Shown piece after piece: positions 7,036 through 17,619 of a stretch of 64,000 nucleotides of DNA. Every line of letters begins with the position of its first letter. Within the stretch, counting starts at the first letter, position 1. Source of the DNA: an uncultured Gemmatimonadales bacterium (GTDB lineage: Bacteria; Gemmatimonadota; Gemmatimonadetes; Longimicrobiales; Gaopeijiaceae). The stretch is taken from assembly GCA_963751255.1 (NCBI GenBank), contig CAVVTW010000005.1, forward strand, positions 102,189 to 166,188. Reading direction: 5' to 3'. The translations under genes and the position numbers were made by a program. The notes under the pieces are model-generated. The model was not told where the DNA came from and did not search any database. It saw nothing but the letters and a program-made list of their open reading frames with translations.

Positions 7036-8751
7036 TCACCTCTCCTCGTCGGGTCCCTCGAAGAGCTCGTCGAAGTGGAAGCTGACCCAGCTCTGGTAGG
7101 GAGCGTCCCAGAGATCCGTCGCCAGATCGTCCCGCACCACGTCCAGCGTCATCTCGTTGGCCCTGAAGATGACCGAGTACTCCGTCGTCCCGTGGGCCAC
7201 GCTCTGGAGCAGACGCCGCATGTCGGCGGTGGTGATCTCCCTTCCCCGACGGCTCCAGGCCTCCACCGTGTTCATCCCGGCCTCGTACCGCCAGAGGGAG
7301 GAGAAAGACGCCTCCTTGCCGAAGGATAGGCCACGCTGGCCGGCGTCCACACCGTAGCTCAAGTAGTGGTTGGTGGCCATGATGTCGAAGGGACTCAGGG
7401 GCGGCACCTCCGCCGGCCTCCGCACGGCGGTACCGAAGCGGTCCCCCTCGGATACGAACGCGGGAGCCTCCTGACCGTGATACGGCAGGGCCCAGAGGAT
7501 GATGGACCCCGCGCCGAAGGTCCCGCCCCCCGCGGAGCCGAACTTCCCGACCATCTCACCGATGGACTCGGGGGTGCTCTCGGCCCCCGCGTTCTCCAGG
7601 ATGTAGCGCTGCACCCACGTACACGGCGTGAGGCCGTCGACCACGGGTCCCGGTCCCGTCCCGCCGGCGTTCTCCATGCTGTAGAGGCCTTCCTCGTTGA
7701 TGCCGCTCAAGGTCCCCACGAAGCCCGGCCACATGGTAGACACCCATCGCCGGTGCCCCGGCTCCGAGGGATTCACGGCGAACAGGAGGAAGTGGCTGAC
7801 GGTCACCTTCCTCAGGTCCACCTCCCCGTCCATGTTGCGTCCCGCGATGAGGCCTCCCTGAAGCTCCCGTCCCTCGGTGGCGTCGCCCCAGAATGCGAAC
7901 TGGGAGCACGACGGCCCAGCCGGCGGAGAAGGCTGCGTGGCGCGCCGTTCGATGTAGGCGTTGATGGCCAGGAGGTCCAAGAGGCCGAAGTCTCGGCCCA
8001 GCCACTTCACCCCCATGTCCATACCCGAGGCTCTCATCCCCCGGATCACGGCATCCGCCTCCGCGAGGTAGTCGGGGTCGTAGTCGAAATGACTTTCCAG
8101 GAAGGGGGCGAAGTCCTCCTCATACCTGCTGGCCGACTGCCAGCTGTCCTCCAGGACGTAGAACTCGAAGAAATCGATGATTTGCGGCCCCACCAGGAAC
8201 CCATGAGCGAAGCCCCGCTCCTCCGCCGTGCCCCAGAGCTGGAGTACCGGCAGCCCCTTCATCCATCGGAGGGCTCCGTGCTCGGTCGTGGCTCCGTCGG
8301 CCGGGAAGCGTCGAGGTTTCCGCAGGACCACGTTCATTCCGGGGTGGGCCCCGGCCCCCAGCTCCAGGTTGGTCATCGGGCCCGCCGGCTCCACTGTGTA
8401 CCAGCCGAAAGGCTCCGTGGGATCGAAATCCAGGGCGCCGTCCCCGTTCAGGTCCATGAAGGCGATGACATTGTAGAACCCCTCGTCCAGGCCGGTGATC
8501 TCGTAGGGACCGGGGCCGGGAAGGCGGACGCTCCGAACCGGCTCGGCCCCGCCGAGGACCTGGGCCTTGCTCAGCCTCGATGGACGTCCCGATGCGTCCA
8601 CGTCCAAGCGGTAGGCAGACACGATCACAGGGCCACGATCGTCTCCGGAGAAGCGAATCTCCCCGCTGAGATCGGCTTGGAGACCCGGCTGAAGCGGGAG
8701 CAGGCGAGCCAGGAGGAGGGCGACTTCCAGAGCCGGCAGGTGAAGGGCCAT
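7036..8751 (-). CDS. Peptidase C45 / acyl-CoA:6-APA acyltransferase-like Ntn hydrolase with an N-terminal DUF2141-like beta domain
   Basis: The 571-aa ORF is intact. ...PSCSQFAFWGDATEGRELQGGLIAGRNMDGE matches the C(S/T)xF...G...GRNxD pattern of the family. The N-domain carries ITGLDEGFYNVIAFMDLNGDGALDFDPTEPFGWY. Confidence 0.5.
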   Translation of the reverse strand: MALHLPALEVALLLARLLPLQPGLQADLSGEIRFSGDDRGPVIVSAYRLDVDASGRPSRLSKAQVLGGAEPVRSVRLPGPGPYEITGLDEGFYNVIAFMDLNGDGALDFDPTEPFGWYTVEPAGPMTNLELGAGAHPGMNVVLRKPRRFPADGATTEHGALRWMKGLPVLQLWGTAEERGFAHGFLVGPQIIDFFEFYVLEDSWQSASRYEEDFAPFLESHFDYDPDYLAEADAVIRGMRASGMDMGVKWLGRDFGLLDLLAINAYIERRATQPSPPAGPSCSQFAFWGDATEGRELQGGLIAGRNMDGEVDLRKVTVSHFLLFAVNPSEPGHRRWVSTMWPGFVGTLSGINEEGLYSMENAGGTGPGPVVDGLTPCTWVQRYILENAGAESTPESIGEMVGKFGSAGGGTFGAGSIILWALPYHGQEAPAFVSEGDRFGTAVRRPAEVPPLSPFDIMATNHYLSYGVDAGQRGLSFGKEASFSSLWRYEAGMNTVEAWSRRGREITTADMRRLLQSVAHGTTEYSVIFRANEMTLDVVRDDLATDLWDAPYQSWVSFHFDELFEGPDEER

Positions 8752-9064
8752 GATCCTCTCCTTCGGTTCGGCAATGGTCAGGGAGATCCGAAGAGAAAGC
8801 TACGGGCTCGAGAGGCGCGGGGACACTCCCCGCCGTGACCGAGCCCCGGTTGCCCCACCCCAGGCAATGTGAGCTGCCGCCGGCTCCGCCGGCGGCCCCA
8901 GCCCTGGCCCGGACGCCCCCCTCCCCCGTAGTTTGCCCCCGGCCCCGAACGGGCGCCGTCGAACGTTCTGGAGCCCGTTGCCCGGGTCGCGGAGCCCGAA
9001 TGTCCTCGTGAGCGTCCCGGCGCCCGACAGATATCCGCATCAACCCTCTCAGTCGAGGTCGAAC

Positions 9065-10815
9065 ATGCGTACAGTTCTTTCCGTAGGCCGGATCCAAGGC
9101 CTGGGAGCCGCTCTCTTCGTCGCCGCCATGCTTGCGACACCTCCGGCCGACGTGAATGCCCAACAGGCCTGGAGCCCCGTGGCCAACGGATTCCCCCGTA
9201 CCCCGGCCGAGCTCTCCAACTTCGAGGTCAACACCGATCACCAGGCCATGTGGGACTACCTGGAAGCCCTTTCGGGAGCCAGCACCGAGATGCGCCTCGG
9301 AAGCTACGGGAAGACCTGGGAAGGCCGTGACCTCGCCTACGCCGTCTTCAGCCGCCCCCTGGTGAGCGAGCCCTGGGAAGCCTGGGCGCTGGGCCGGCCC
9401 ATCGTGGTGCTGGGAGCCAATGTCCACGGCGGGGAGCGCACGTTCCGGGAGGGACTCCTGATCCTGATGCGGGACCTCGCTACCCCGGGAACGGCCGCCA
9501 ACGCCCTGCTGGACAAGGTCACGGTGCGTGGTCGCCCCCCAGACTCAACCCCGACGGCTACGAGGCTTCGGACCGAGGCACCCGGGGCAACGCCTGGGGG
9601 ATCGATCTCAACCGCGACTACGTGAAGCTCGAGCAGCCGGCTCTGGCCAATTATGTCCAGAACGTGCTGGAGGCCTGGAGGCCGCGACGTCATGGTGGAC
9701 GGCCACAACGGGTGTGCCCAGCCCTACAACCTCTGCTACCAGTGTCCCAGCCACTACGACCCGGCCCAGGAGATCACCGCACTCTGCGACGAGAACATCT
9801 TCCCGGCCATCGACGAGAGACTGGAATCGGAGGGTCTCCGGTCCTGGTATTACTCGGGAGGCAACGAGGAAGAGTGGCGAGGAGGCGGCTCCGAGGCCCG
9901 TATCGGGAGGAACTACGCTGGGTTCATCAACACCATCGGGATCCTCTTCGAGGCCCCGAGCCAGGGCGCGGAGGAGGGAGCCCGAGCCGGATACCTGGGC
10001 ATACCTCACCGTCGTCCAAGTACGCCGCGGAACACCCCGACCAGGTTCATGGGGACGGTGAAGGCCGCCCGGATGGAGACGCATGGCCATGGGTGAGGAG
10101 CCCAGCGGCGAGATCGCCGTCGAGATGGAGTACGCCGCCGAGGATTATCCCGGTAAGCTACACCCTCATCCAGGGGGGCGGCCGGAACAACCCCGACGCC
10201 CCCCGGGACACCATCGAGGTCACCGGCGCCCGACTCATGAAGAAGCCCGTGGCCACCAAGCTGCGGCCACGCCCCTGGGCCTATCTCCTCCCCAGGGACG
10301 CCGTGGACGCCGTCGCCCTGCTCCGCAAGCATGGCATCACCGTGGAGGTTCTCCAGGCCCCGGCCGACCTGCAGGTGGACGCCTACACGGTGGCGGGCGT
10401 GACCTACGAACGGGCCTATAACCACGTGGCCGCGACACGGGTGGAGGTGGGAGAGGTCCTGACGCTGGAGGAGAGCTTCCCCAAAGGGACCTTCGTGATC
10501 CCCACGGCCCAGCTCCTGGGACGCCTGGCGGCCCACATGCTGGAGCCGGAAACCCCGGACAACATCGTCTACTGGAACACCATGGACGCCTGGATCCCGC
10601 GACCGGCCGACGATGAATCTGGGGCCGGCGAGGCCGGCAACGCACCGAGGGGCGGCCCCCCGGCAGGGGCGGCTGGACCTCCGGCGGCGGGAGGGGGGCC
10701 CCCGGCCGGCGGCTTCATGCAGGGAAGAGGACAGCAAGGCCCACCCGTGCTGCCCATCTACAAGCTCATGACGCCGACGCCCCTCCCCATGGTCCTCTTG
10801 GAGCAGGGCAGGTAG
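9065..10815 (+). CDS. Secreted M14 zinc carboxypeptidase, interrupted by ~8 single-base insertions (pseudogene or consensus errors)
   Basis: Signal peptide is MRTVLSVGRIQGLGAALFVAAMLATPPADVNA. Motifs are NVHGGER, LNPDGYEA, GIDLNRDY and VMVDGHNG. The protein can only be followed by hopping frames at ~9527, 9543, 9685, 10001, 10020, 10048, 10082 and 10152, across ORFs 8933-9625, 9622-10815, 9653-10096 and 10083-10421. Confidence 0.7.
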
Positions 10816-10854
10816 GAGCCCGACCCGGAACGCACGGGCCGTCGCCGGCCTGCT

Positions 10855-12498
10855 TCAGGCGGCGGCCCGCCCTCGCTTCAGCTCCTCGTCGAAGGCCACG
10901 AGCTCGAAGTCGTCCAGGTAGTCGACCCGTCCCGGGTTCTGCGCGTATCGCTCCAGCTCGGTCTGGCGCTCCATCTCCCGATCGAAGGCCTCCAACTCCC
11001 TCTCGTTGGCCTCGGCCTCCGTCTGGTCGCTCGAGTAGACGATCTCCCCCACCGTCTGCCCTTCAAGGCGAAGTCGGTTCCTGAGGACTTCCGAGCCCTC
11101 GAACTGGGTCCTGACGAGGGGGAACCGGTACCGGACGGTCCCCTCGGCCCCTTCCTCCACCTCACCGTCGAACTCCGCGAGAAGGGACTGTAGTTCCCCT
11201 TCCACCGAACCGGCCCCCTTTCCCGGTCCGGAGCCGGCCGGGACTCCCTTGGGAAATGCCCCTCGTACGTGCTCCCGGGTCCCGGCAACGGTGACCCACT
11301 GTGCGCCGCGAGAGTTCAGCGAGGCCTGGAACGCGTAGCCCAGGATCACTTTCCTCAGGTTCCGTCTCCGGCGCCTCTCGTTGGCCCGGTTGACCAGGAA
11401 GTAACGCACAGCCGGTATGGCGAAGAAGAGAGCACTGAACACCAAGGGGACCCAGACCAGTCCGATCCAGGCCCAGAGGCCACCCAGCCCTAGACGGGGA
11501 AAGATGTAGAGCGGAGCCGTGGCTGCGGCTACGAGGTTGAACCCGTTGATGCCGCCGACGATGGCGTTGGATTTGGCCTCGTTCCCCGTGACGCTCAGGT
11601 CCGGTTCCAGGCGCCTCCAGGCCGGATCGGGCTCGGTTTCCGTCACCCGTCCTTCTGCACTCAGCATCAACTCCGGAAACACATAGGTGAGAACTCCCTC
11701 CCCCACCACCTTCACGTCCCCGTCGTAGGCTCCCATGAGGCGCGCCATCTCTTCCTCGGCCTCGTGGAGGGGGAGGCCCGTGTGCTGGACCAGCTCGGCT
11801 GCCGTCAGGACACCCCGCCGGGATCGAATCAGGCGGATGACGCTCCGGTCCTTCTGCCGCTGGCTGGGCCTGGGCCGATCCGGCCCGAAGACGAAGGCGA
11901 ATACCTTCATGATGAACGGAACCTTGGGCTTCGAGCCACCGGAGGCGTAGCGCTGTTCCCATCGGTGCCCATAGTAGGGGCGTCGCCATCCCCAGCCCCA
12001 TCCGGGAGACCAGAACATGTACCAGATCCAGAAGCTGGGGAAGCCTCCGAACCCGCCCCTTCGGCCCCCGTAACGGCGCCGTCCGCCCCCACGCCCACCT
12101 CCCCGGGATTCGCTGGCCACCAGAGCAGCGATGAGGAGGGCTACGAACACCACGAAGTAGACCACCAGCATGAGGACGATCCAGACCTTGAAGGCCTGGG
12201 TGAAGAGGGCCCACGACCTCTCCCGAATCCGGGCCCAGAGGGATTCGGCATCCCGTTGAAGGAGCTTCGGGTCAAACCGGTAGACCAGGGTCCCGGTCTC
12301 TCCCACCTCCAAGTGCCCCCTCCGCGTCTCCAGGAGGCTCTTGAGAGTGCTCTCCGCCTCGTCCCGGGGCATCCCCGTGGCAGCCACCACGTCCCCCACG
12401 GTCACCCGACCGCGCTGCTGGCGGAGGGCCCTCAGGACGGGACGGGCAGTCGGGCCGGCTTCCGCAGCCGGCAACACGTTATCGCTCATGGTCGCCAT
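10855..12498 (-). CDS. Uncharacterised polytopic membrane protein with repeated winged-helix-like modules and a Gly/Arg/Trp-rich segment
   Basis: The 547-aa ORF is intact with clear codon bias. See the finding for this gene. I recognise no family. Confidence 0.7.
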   Translation of the reverse strand: MATMSDNVLPAAEAGPTARPVLRALRQQRGRVTVGDVVAATGMPRDEAESTLKSLLETRRGHLEVGETGTLVYRFDPKLLQRDAESLWARIRERSWALFTQAFKVWIVLMLVVYFVVFVALLIAALVASESRGGGRGGGRRRYGGRRGGFGGFPSFWIWYMFWSPGWGWGWRRPYYGHRWEQRYASGGSKPKVPFIMKVFAFVFGPDRPRPSQRQKDRSVIRLIRSRRGVLTAAELVQHTGLPLHEAEEEMARLMGAYDGDVKVVGEGVLTYVFPELMLSAEGRVTETEPDPAWRRLEPDLSVTGNEAKSNAIVGGINGFNLVAAATAPLYIFPRLGLGGLWAWIGLVWVPLVFSALFFAIPAVRYFLVNRANERRRRRNLRKVILGYAFQASLNSRGAQWVTVAGTREHVRGAFPKGVPAGSGPGKGAGSVEGELQSLLAEFDGEVEEGAEGTVRYRFPLVRTQFEGSEVLRNRLRLEGQTVGEIVYSSDQTEAEANERELEAFDREMERQTELERYAQNPGRVDYLDDFELVAFDEELKRGRAAA

Positions 12499-12695
12499 CG
12501 TCGTTGTGTACCAGCGGGTTGCCGGAGCCCTCCGTGAGAAGGACCCCGGCCATTCACGGCATACACGTGCTGATCTGGTCTACACGAATGTCCGGACGAT
12601 AGGTCCGGGCCAGTCACGAAGAGAAGCCCCCGGACCCGCCGTCTCGCGAGTCCAGGGGCGATTTCCCCGGGGCGGTGCGCGCCACGTTCGAGGGC

Positions 12696-15600
12696 TTACA
12701 GGCCTCCCCCTCCGATCCCCAGCAGAGCGTTCACCTCCGCTTCCATGGCGTCCAGCTGGGCACGGAGCACCTCGTAACGGTCCAGGGCGTCCTGACCGAC
12801 CTTCTGGTCCACCCGGCTCGTCATCCCGGCCAGGTAGCGGATATGCTCCTGAAGTCCGGGCTTGCTGTAGCGGACCGGGGGTGTAATGAGACGGGGCGCG
12901 AGCTCATCGAGCTGTTGGGCCAGCTGTTCGTTGACTTGAGCTCCACTCTCGAGGCGGGCCTGCGCCTCCTGGACCCGGGTCACGAGGGCGTTGACCTCCT
13001 CCACCATGGCCTGCATCCGCAGGTTGAAGGCGAACTGCTCCTCGAGGTCCGCGACCGTGACGCCCTCCGCCGCGATTCGGGGATCGATCAACACCGTGAA
13101 CGGCTGTGTCAGCGTCGTGCTCCCCACCTTGAGCCTGGCCTGATATTGCCCCGGAGGGGCTCCGACTCCCGACTGGTGCTGAACGTCCCACACGAAGCGA
13201 TTGTGCCCCTGATTGGCCGTTACCCTGGAGGCGGGGGCAAAGCCCCCGCGCCCCCGGAAGCCGCCCCCTCTTCCAGCACCACCACTGGGAGCGGGGGCAG
13301 CGCTGCTGTAGGCGTTCACGATCGCCCCCGAAGAGTCCAGGATGTCGATGGTCACGGGTCCCGTCGGCGTCGAGGGAAGGTAGTACTCGATGTTCGGACC
13401 CAGAATGTCCGGTCGGACCCGGGTCCGGTACCCGTCTCGGGGCTTGTAGAGCAGCACCTGCGTGGTGCTCTGGGAGGGGGTGATCTGGGCCAGGGAGGAG
13501 AGGTTGTCCAGGATCCAGAAGGCCCTTCCCTGGGTCGCCACCACCAGGTCCTTATGGTACACCTTGAGATCGGCCACCGGGATGTTGGGCAGGTTCAGCT
13601 GGAACGGCTGCCAGTGGCCCCCGTTGTCGAAGGAGATGAACATCCCGAACTCGGTGCCGGCGTACAGGAGTCCCTCCCGATCGGGATCCTCCCGCACGAC
13701 GCGGGTTGGCCAGTCCTCCGGGATACCGTTCGTCCCGTCGGTCAGGAGGGTCCAGCGTCTTCCCGTAGTCATCGGTCCGGTAGAGGTAGGGGTGGTAGTC
13801 TCCCAGGAGGAACCGATGCACCGCGTAATAGGCCGAGCCCGGGCGGTGGGGCGAGGGCTCGATGTTCTGGACCCGTCCCCCCGGCGGTAGATCCGGGGGG
13901 GTGATATCCGTCCAGGTCGTCCCGTCGTCCCGGGTCACGTGGAAGGGGCCGTCGTTGGATCCCACCCAGATGACCCCGGCCTCCAGGACCGACTCCCGGA
14001 TGGAGTAGAGGGTGCTGTAGAACTCCTCGCCGGTGACGTCCCGGGTGATGGGCTCACCACTCACCCCCTGGGTGCCCTCCGGCGTGGCGGTGAGATCGGG
14101 GGAGATCGTCTCCCAGTGCACCCCCATATCCCGCGTCCGGTGCAAGTACTGAGAACCGTAGTAGAGGACATTGGGATCGTGGGGCGACACCTCCATGGGC
14201 GACACCCGCTGGAAGCGGAGGATCAAGTCTTCGGCGGGGTTGCCATAGAGGGATTGGGCGCCGATCCAGTAGTTCTTGGACTGCCCCGTCTCCATGTTCT
14301 CGACTGTGAATTGCCCCTTGCAGGAGCCGTACACGATGTTGTCGTAGAGGGGATGAGGCATCAGCGGCCCCGTTTCACAGCCTGGCCCACTCCACGAGTC
14401 CACGCCCAGCTCACCCCCGTCGGCCATGCTGGAGATGATGTGGGTGCCGTCGTCCTGCTGGGCTCCGTACAGGCGGTAGGGGAAGCGGTCGTCCATCCAC
14501 ACCCCGTAGATCTCGGCGGTGGGTTGGTTCATCTGGGTGGACCAGGTCGAGCCCGCCGTCGGTGGAGACGTTGGCCCCCCGTCGTTGCTCTGGACCATGA
14601 TGCGGCCGTCGCGCGGGCTCACCCAGATGTCGTGGTTGTCCCCGTGCGGGGTGCGAAAGGTGGTCCAGGTGACGCCCCCGTCGGTGGACTTGAAGAAGCT
14701 CTCCGCCCCCCCGTAGACCGTGTTCGCATCCGTGGGATCGGCCCCAAGCGTCGTGTAGTAGAAGGGGCGCTGAATCATCGCGGGCTGGTCACTGACCATC
14801 TCCCAGCTCTCACCGTAGTCGTCGGACCGATAGAACCCCCCACCGGGCTTGGCTTCGATCAGGGCGTAGACCCGGTCCGGCTTGGCCGCTGTCACCGCCA
14901 GGTTCCCCTTCCCGATGAGCTCACCGGGGAAACCCGCCTTGATGTTCTCCCAGGTCTCTCCCCCGTCGGTGCTCTTGTAGAAGCCCCCTTCGTAGGATCC
15001 GCTGATGATGGTCCAGGGCTTCCGCTCCAGTCGGCTCATCCAGGCGTAGACCACATCGGGATTGCCGGGCTGGAGCTCCACGTCCATGGCGCCGGTGCTG
15101 TCGGAGACGAAGAGGGTCTTCCGCCAGGTCATCCCCCCGTCGGTGGTCTTGTAGATCCCCCGCTCGGGCGTCGGCTTGAAGACGTCGCCGTTGGCGGCCA
15201 CCCAGACGATGTCCGGGTTGGTGGGGTGGATCCGGACCGCTCCGATCTGGCCCACGTCGTAGAGGCCGGCGAAGGTCCAGGTGTCCCCGCCGTCGACGCT
15301 CTTGTACACGCCTCGACCCGTGGAGACGTTGCTCCGGGCGCCGTCGGAGCCCGTCCCGTAGTAGATGATGTTCGGGTCCGAGAGGGCCACCGCCACATCG
15401 CCGGAGGACCCCACGGGAACCTGACCGTCGGTGAGGGGAACCCACGTTTCTCCGTTGTCGGTGGTGCGGAAGAGGCCCCCGCTGGCCACGCCCATGTAGA
15501 ACGTCGTGGGTTGGGAGGGCACTCCCGTAACGGTGGTAACCCGGCCGCCCTGGTTGGGACCCACCAGTCGATAGTGGAGGCCCTGGAGGAATGCCGGGTC

Positions 15601-15711
15601 CACCGATTGCATCATGGGGGCCTGGGCTCCACGGGCCTGAGCCAACACCCTGGCAGGGGATGGCGTGAGTGAGGCCAAAGCCAGGAGAAGTACTGTAGAG
15701 AGCCGATACAT
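12696..15711 (-). CDS. BNR/Asp-box repeat, sortilin/VPS10-like beta-propeller glycosyl-hydrolase-like protein (~1005 aa), one frameshift
   Basis: Signal peptide is MYRLSTVLLLALASLTPSPARVLA. There are many SxDxGxTW boxes (TTDNGETW, SVDGGDTW, TTDGGMTW, STDGGETW, STDGGVTW). One extra base near 13755 (...YRTDDYGKT|WTLLTDG...) splits it into ORFs 13552-15870 and 12696-13772. Confidence 0.8.
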
Positions 15712-15953
15712 GGCGTCCCCCGAATCTGACGAGGCAATGAACGACCCCGGGGCAAGGAGCTCCAGGGAGAGTGAACGGGTCAAGAGGAGAAAGTGCAGGA
15801 AGGTGGGGAAGGTGGGCAAGTGCTTCCCCATGGTGGCCCTTCCGTGGACAGGAGCCCCGGCATCAAGCATTATCGTCTGATCCTGGCCCGGAGGTGGTCG
15901 TTCGCACGGTCGCGGTCACCGGGCTCCGGGCCACCAGTGAAGGACGCGGTTTC

Positions 15954-17505
15954 ATGCGGAACTCCATGTATGCAGCCCTGACCAGCCTGCTGCTGGTCCT
16001 CGCCTCGCTCTCTACGACTCAACCTCTCCGCGGCCAGAGCGCCGCCGGATCCATCACGGAGGCCGAGATCCGGGACCATATCTTCTACCTGGCCTCCGAT
16101 GACCTGGAAGGGAGAGGTACCGGGGAGGAGGGCTACTTTGCAGCGGCTCGTTACGCGGCGGACCAGCTCCGGGATTCGGGCGTCCTCCCCCTCCTCCGAG
16201 GACGAGGGCGGAGCGGCTTCCTTCTTCCAGGAGATTCCCATGGGGAAGATCTCCTACGGCCCCGGGAATAGCGCTACCCTGAGCCGAGGCGCAGCACAGC
16301 GGCCCTTGACGTTCGGTCGGGACTACTTCGTTATCTCGAACGAGAGCGGGACGTCCGAGGAGGTGGCCGGCTCCCTCGTGTTTGCCGGATTCGGCATGCA
16401 GGCCCCTGGGACAGGATGGGACGATCTGGGAGGGCTGGACTTGTCCGGGGCCATCCCCATCGTCCTCTTCGGGCGGCCCGGAGAGGATCTTACGCCGGCC
16501 TTCTCGAGCCAGGAGGCGGGCGATTCGTGGCAGGAGTTCGGCGCCAAGGTCCGGGCCATGGAAGAGCAGGGCGCCTCGGCCGTCGTGGCGGTCCTCGAAC
16601 CGGGAAGGTGGCGGGCCTGGAATTCCTACGTTCGACGCTACGCCTCGGACCGCCTCGTCACGGGGCAGGCCCCTCCTCCGGGAGAGTTTCCCGGGACGCG
16701 GATCCCGGTGGCCTTCCTGAGCCAGGATATCCTGGGTGAACTGTTCGCCGGGCATGGCTTCAATCCCGTTACTCTGGAGGGCGACTACTCGACCTTCTCC
16801 GATCTCGGGGCCCGTCTGAGCTTCGTGACCGAGGCCTCCTACGAGGGCATTCAGGTGCCGAACGTGGTCGGGTGGGTGGAGGGCACGGACCCGGCCCTGA
16901 GAGAGGAGTACGTCGTCGTCGGCGCTCACCTGGATCACCTCGGGGTCAGGGACGGGGTCGTCTACAATGGGGCCGACGACAATGCCAGCGGGAGCGTCGG
17001 TGTGCTGGAGATCGCCGAGGCCATGGCCATGGACCCGCCTGCCCGATCAACCATCTTCGTCCTCTACACCGGAGAGGAGCGCGGTCTCCTGGGCTCACAG
17101 TATTTCGTCGAGAACCCTCCCGTCCCCCTGGACCGCATCGTCGCAAACGTCAACATCGAGATGATCGGGCGCTTCGATCACCGACCCCTCGGAACGGGCG
17201 GGCTCTTCGCCATCATCGGGACCCCCCGTGGCGACGCCATGCGCCGACTGGTGGCGGAGGTCAACCGGAACGGGTTCGACTACGAGTGGGAGATCCCCGA
17301 TGAGTTCATGGGTGGAAGCGACCACATGGCCTATGAACAGGCGGGCATCGCCAACGTCACGGTGGCAGGGAGCCCACCCTACGGCACCCACGAGGACTAT
17401 CACCGCCCCGGCGACGATCCGGAGAAGATCGACATCGCCGGCATGCGGAAAGCCGCCGCGTTCATCTACGAGCTGACGGTCGCTCTGGCGAATCAGGGCC
17501 GGTAG
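15954..17505 (+). CDS. M28 family aminopeptidase with PA domain, one frameshift
   Basis: Signal peptide is MRNSMYAALTSLLLVLASLS. Zinc-site contexts are GAHLDH, NGADDNASG, TGEERGLLGS and GGSDHMAY. The frame changes near 16186-16195 (...DSGVLPL / EDEGGAASFFQEIPMGK...). Confidence 0.8.
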
Positions 17506-17517
17506 GCGCTCCGGCAC

Positions 17518-17584
17518 GGGGCCGCCAGGGCTGCGGCGCGGGGCCGCCCGGGCTCCGGCCCGGGGCCGCCCGGGCTGCGGCGCG
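17518..17584. repeat. Three tandem GC-rich ~22-nt units in an intergenic region
   Basis: GGGGCCGCCAGGGCTGCGGCGCG (17518-17540), GGGCCGCCCGGGCTCCGGCCC (17541-17561) and GGGGCCGCCCGGGCTGCGGCGCG (17562-17584). Confidence 0.8.
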
Positions 17585-17619
17585 CGTCTCCGAACCGGCC
17601 ACCCGTTTCCAGAAGAGGA

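Noticed and set aside
9527-10152. Programmed ribosomal frameshifting as an explanation for the split genes
   Set aside because: There are no slippery heptamers at the shift sites. There are up to eight shifts per gene, in unrelated gene families. Only the IS3 orfA/orfB overlap is a context where programmed -1 frameshifting is expected, and that element is degraded anyway.
17518-17584. Possible CRISPR array
   Set aside because: There are only three directly abutting units with no spacers. No cas genes are in the window.
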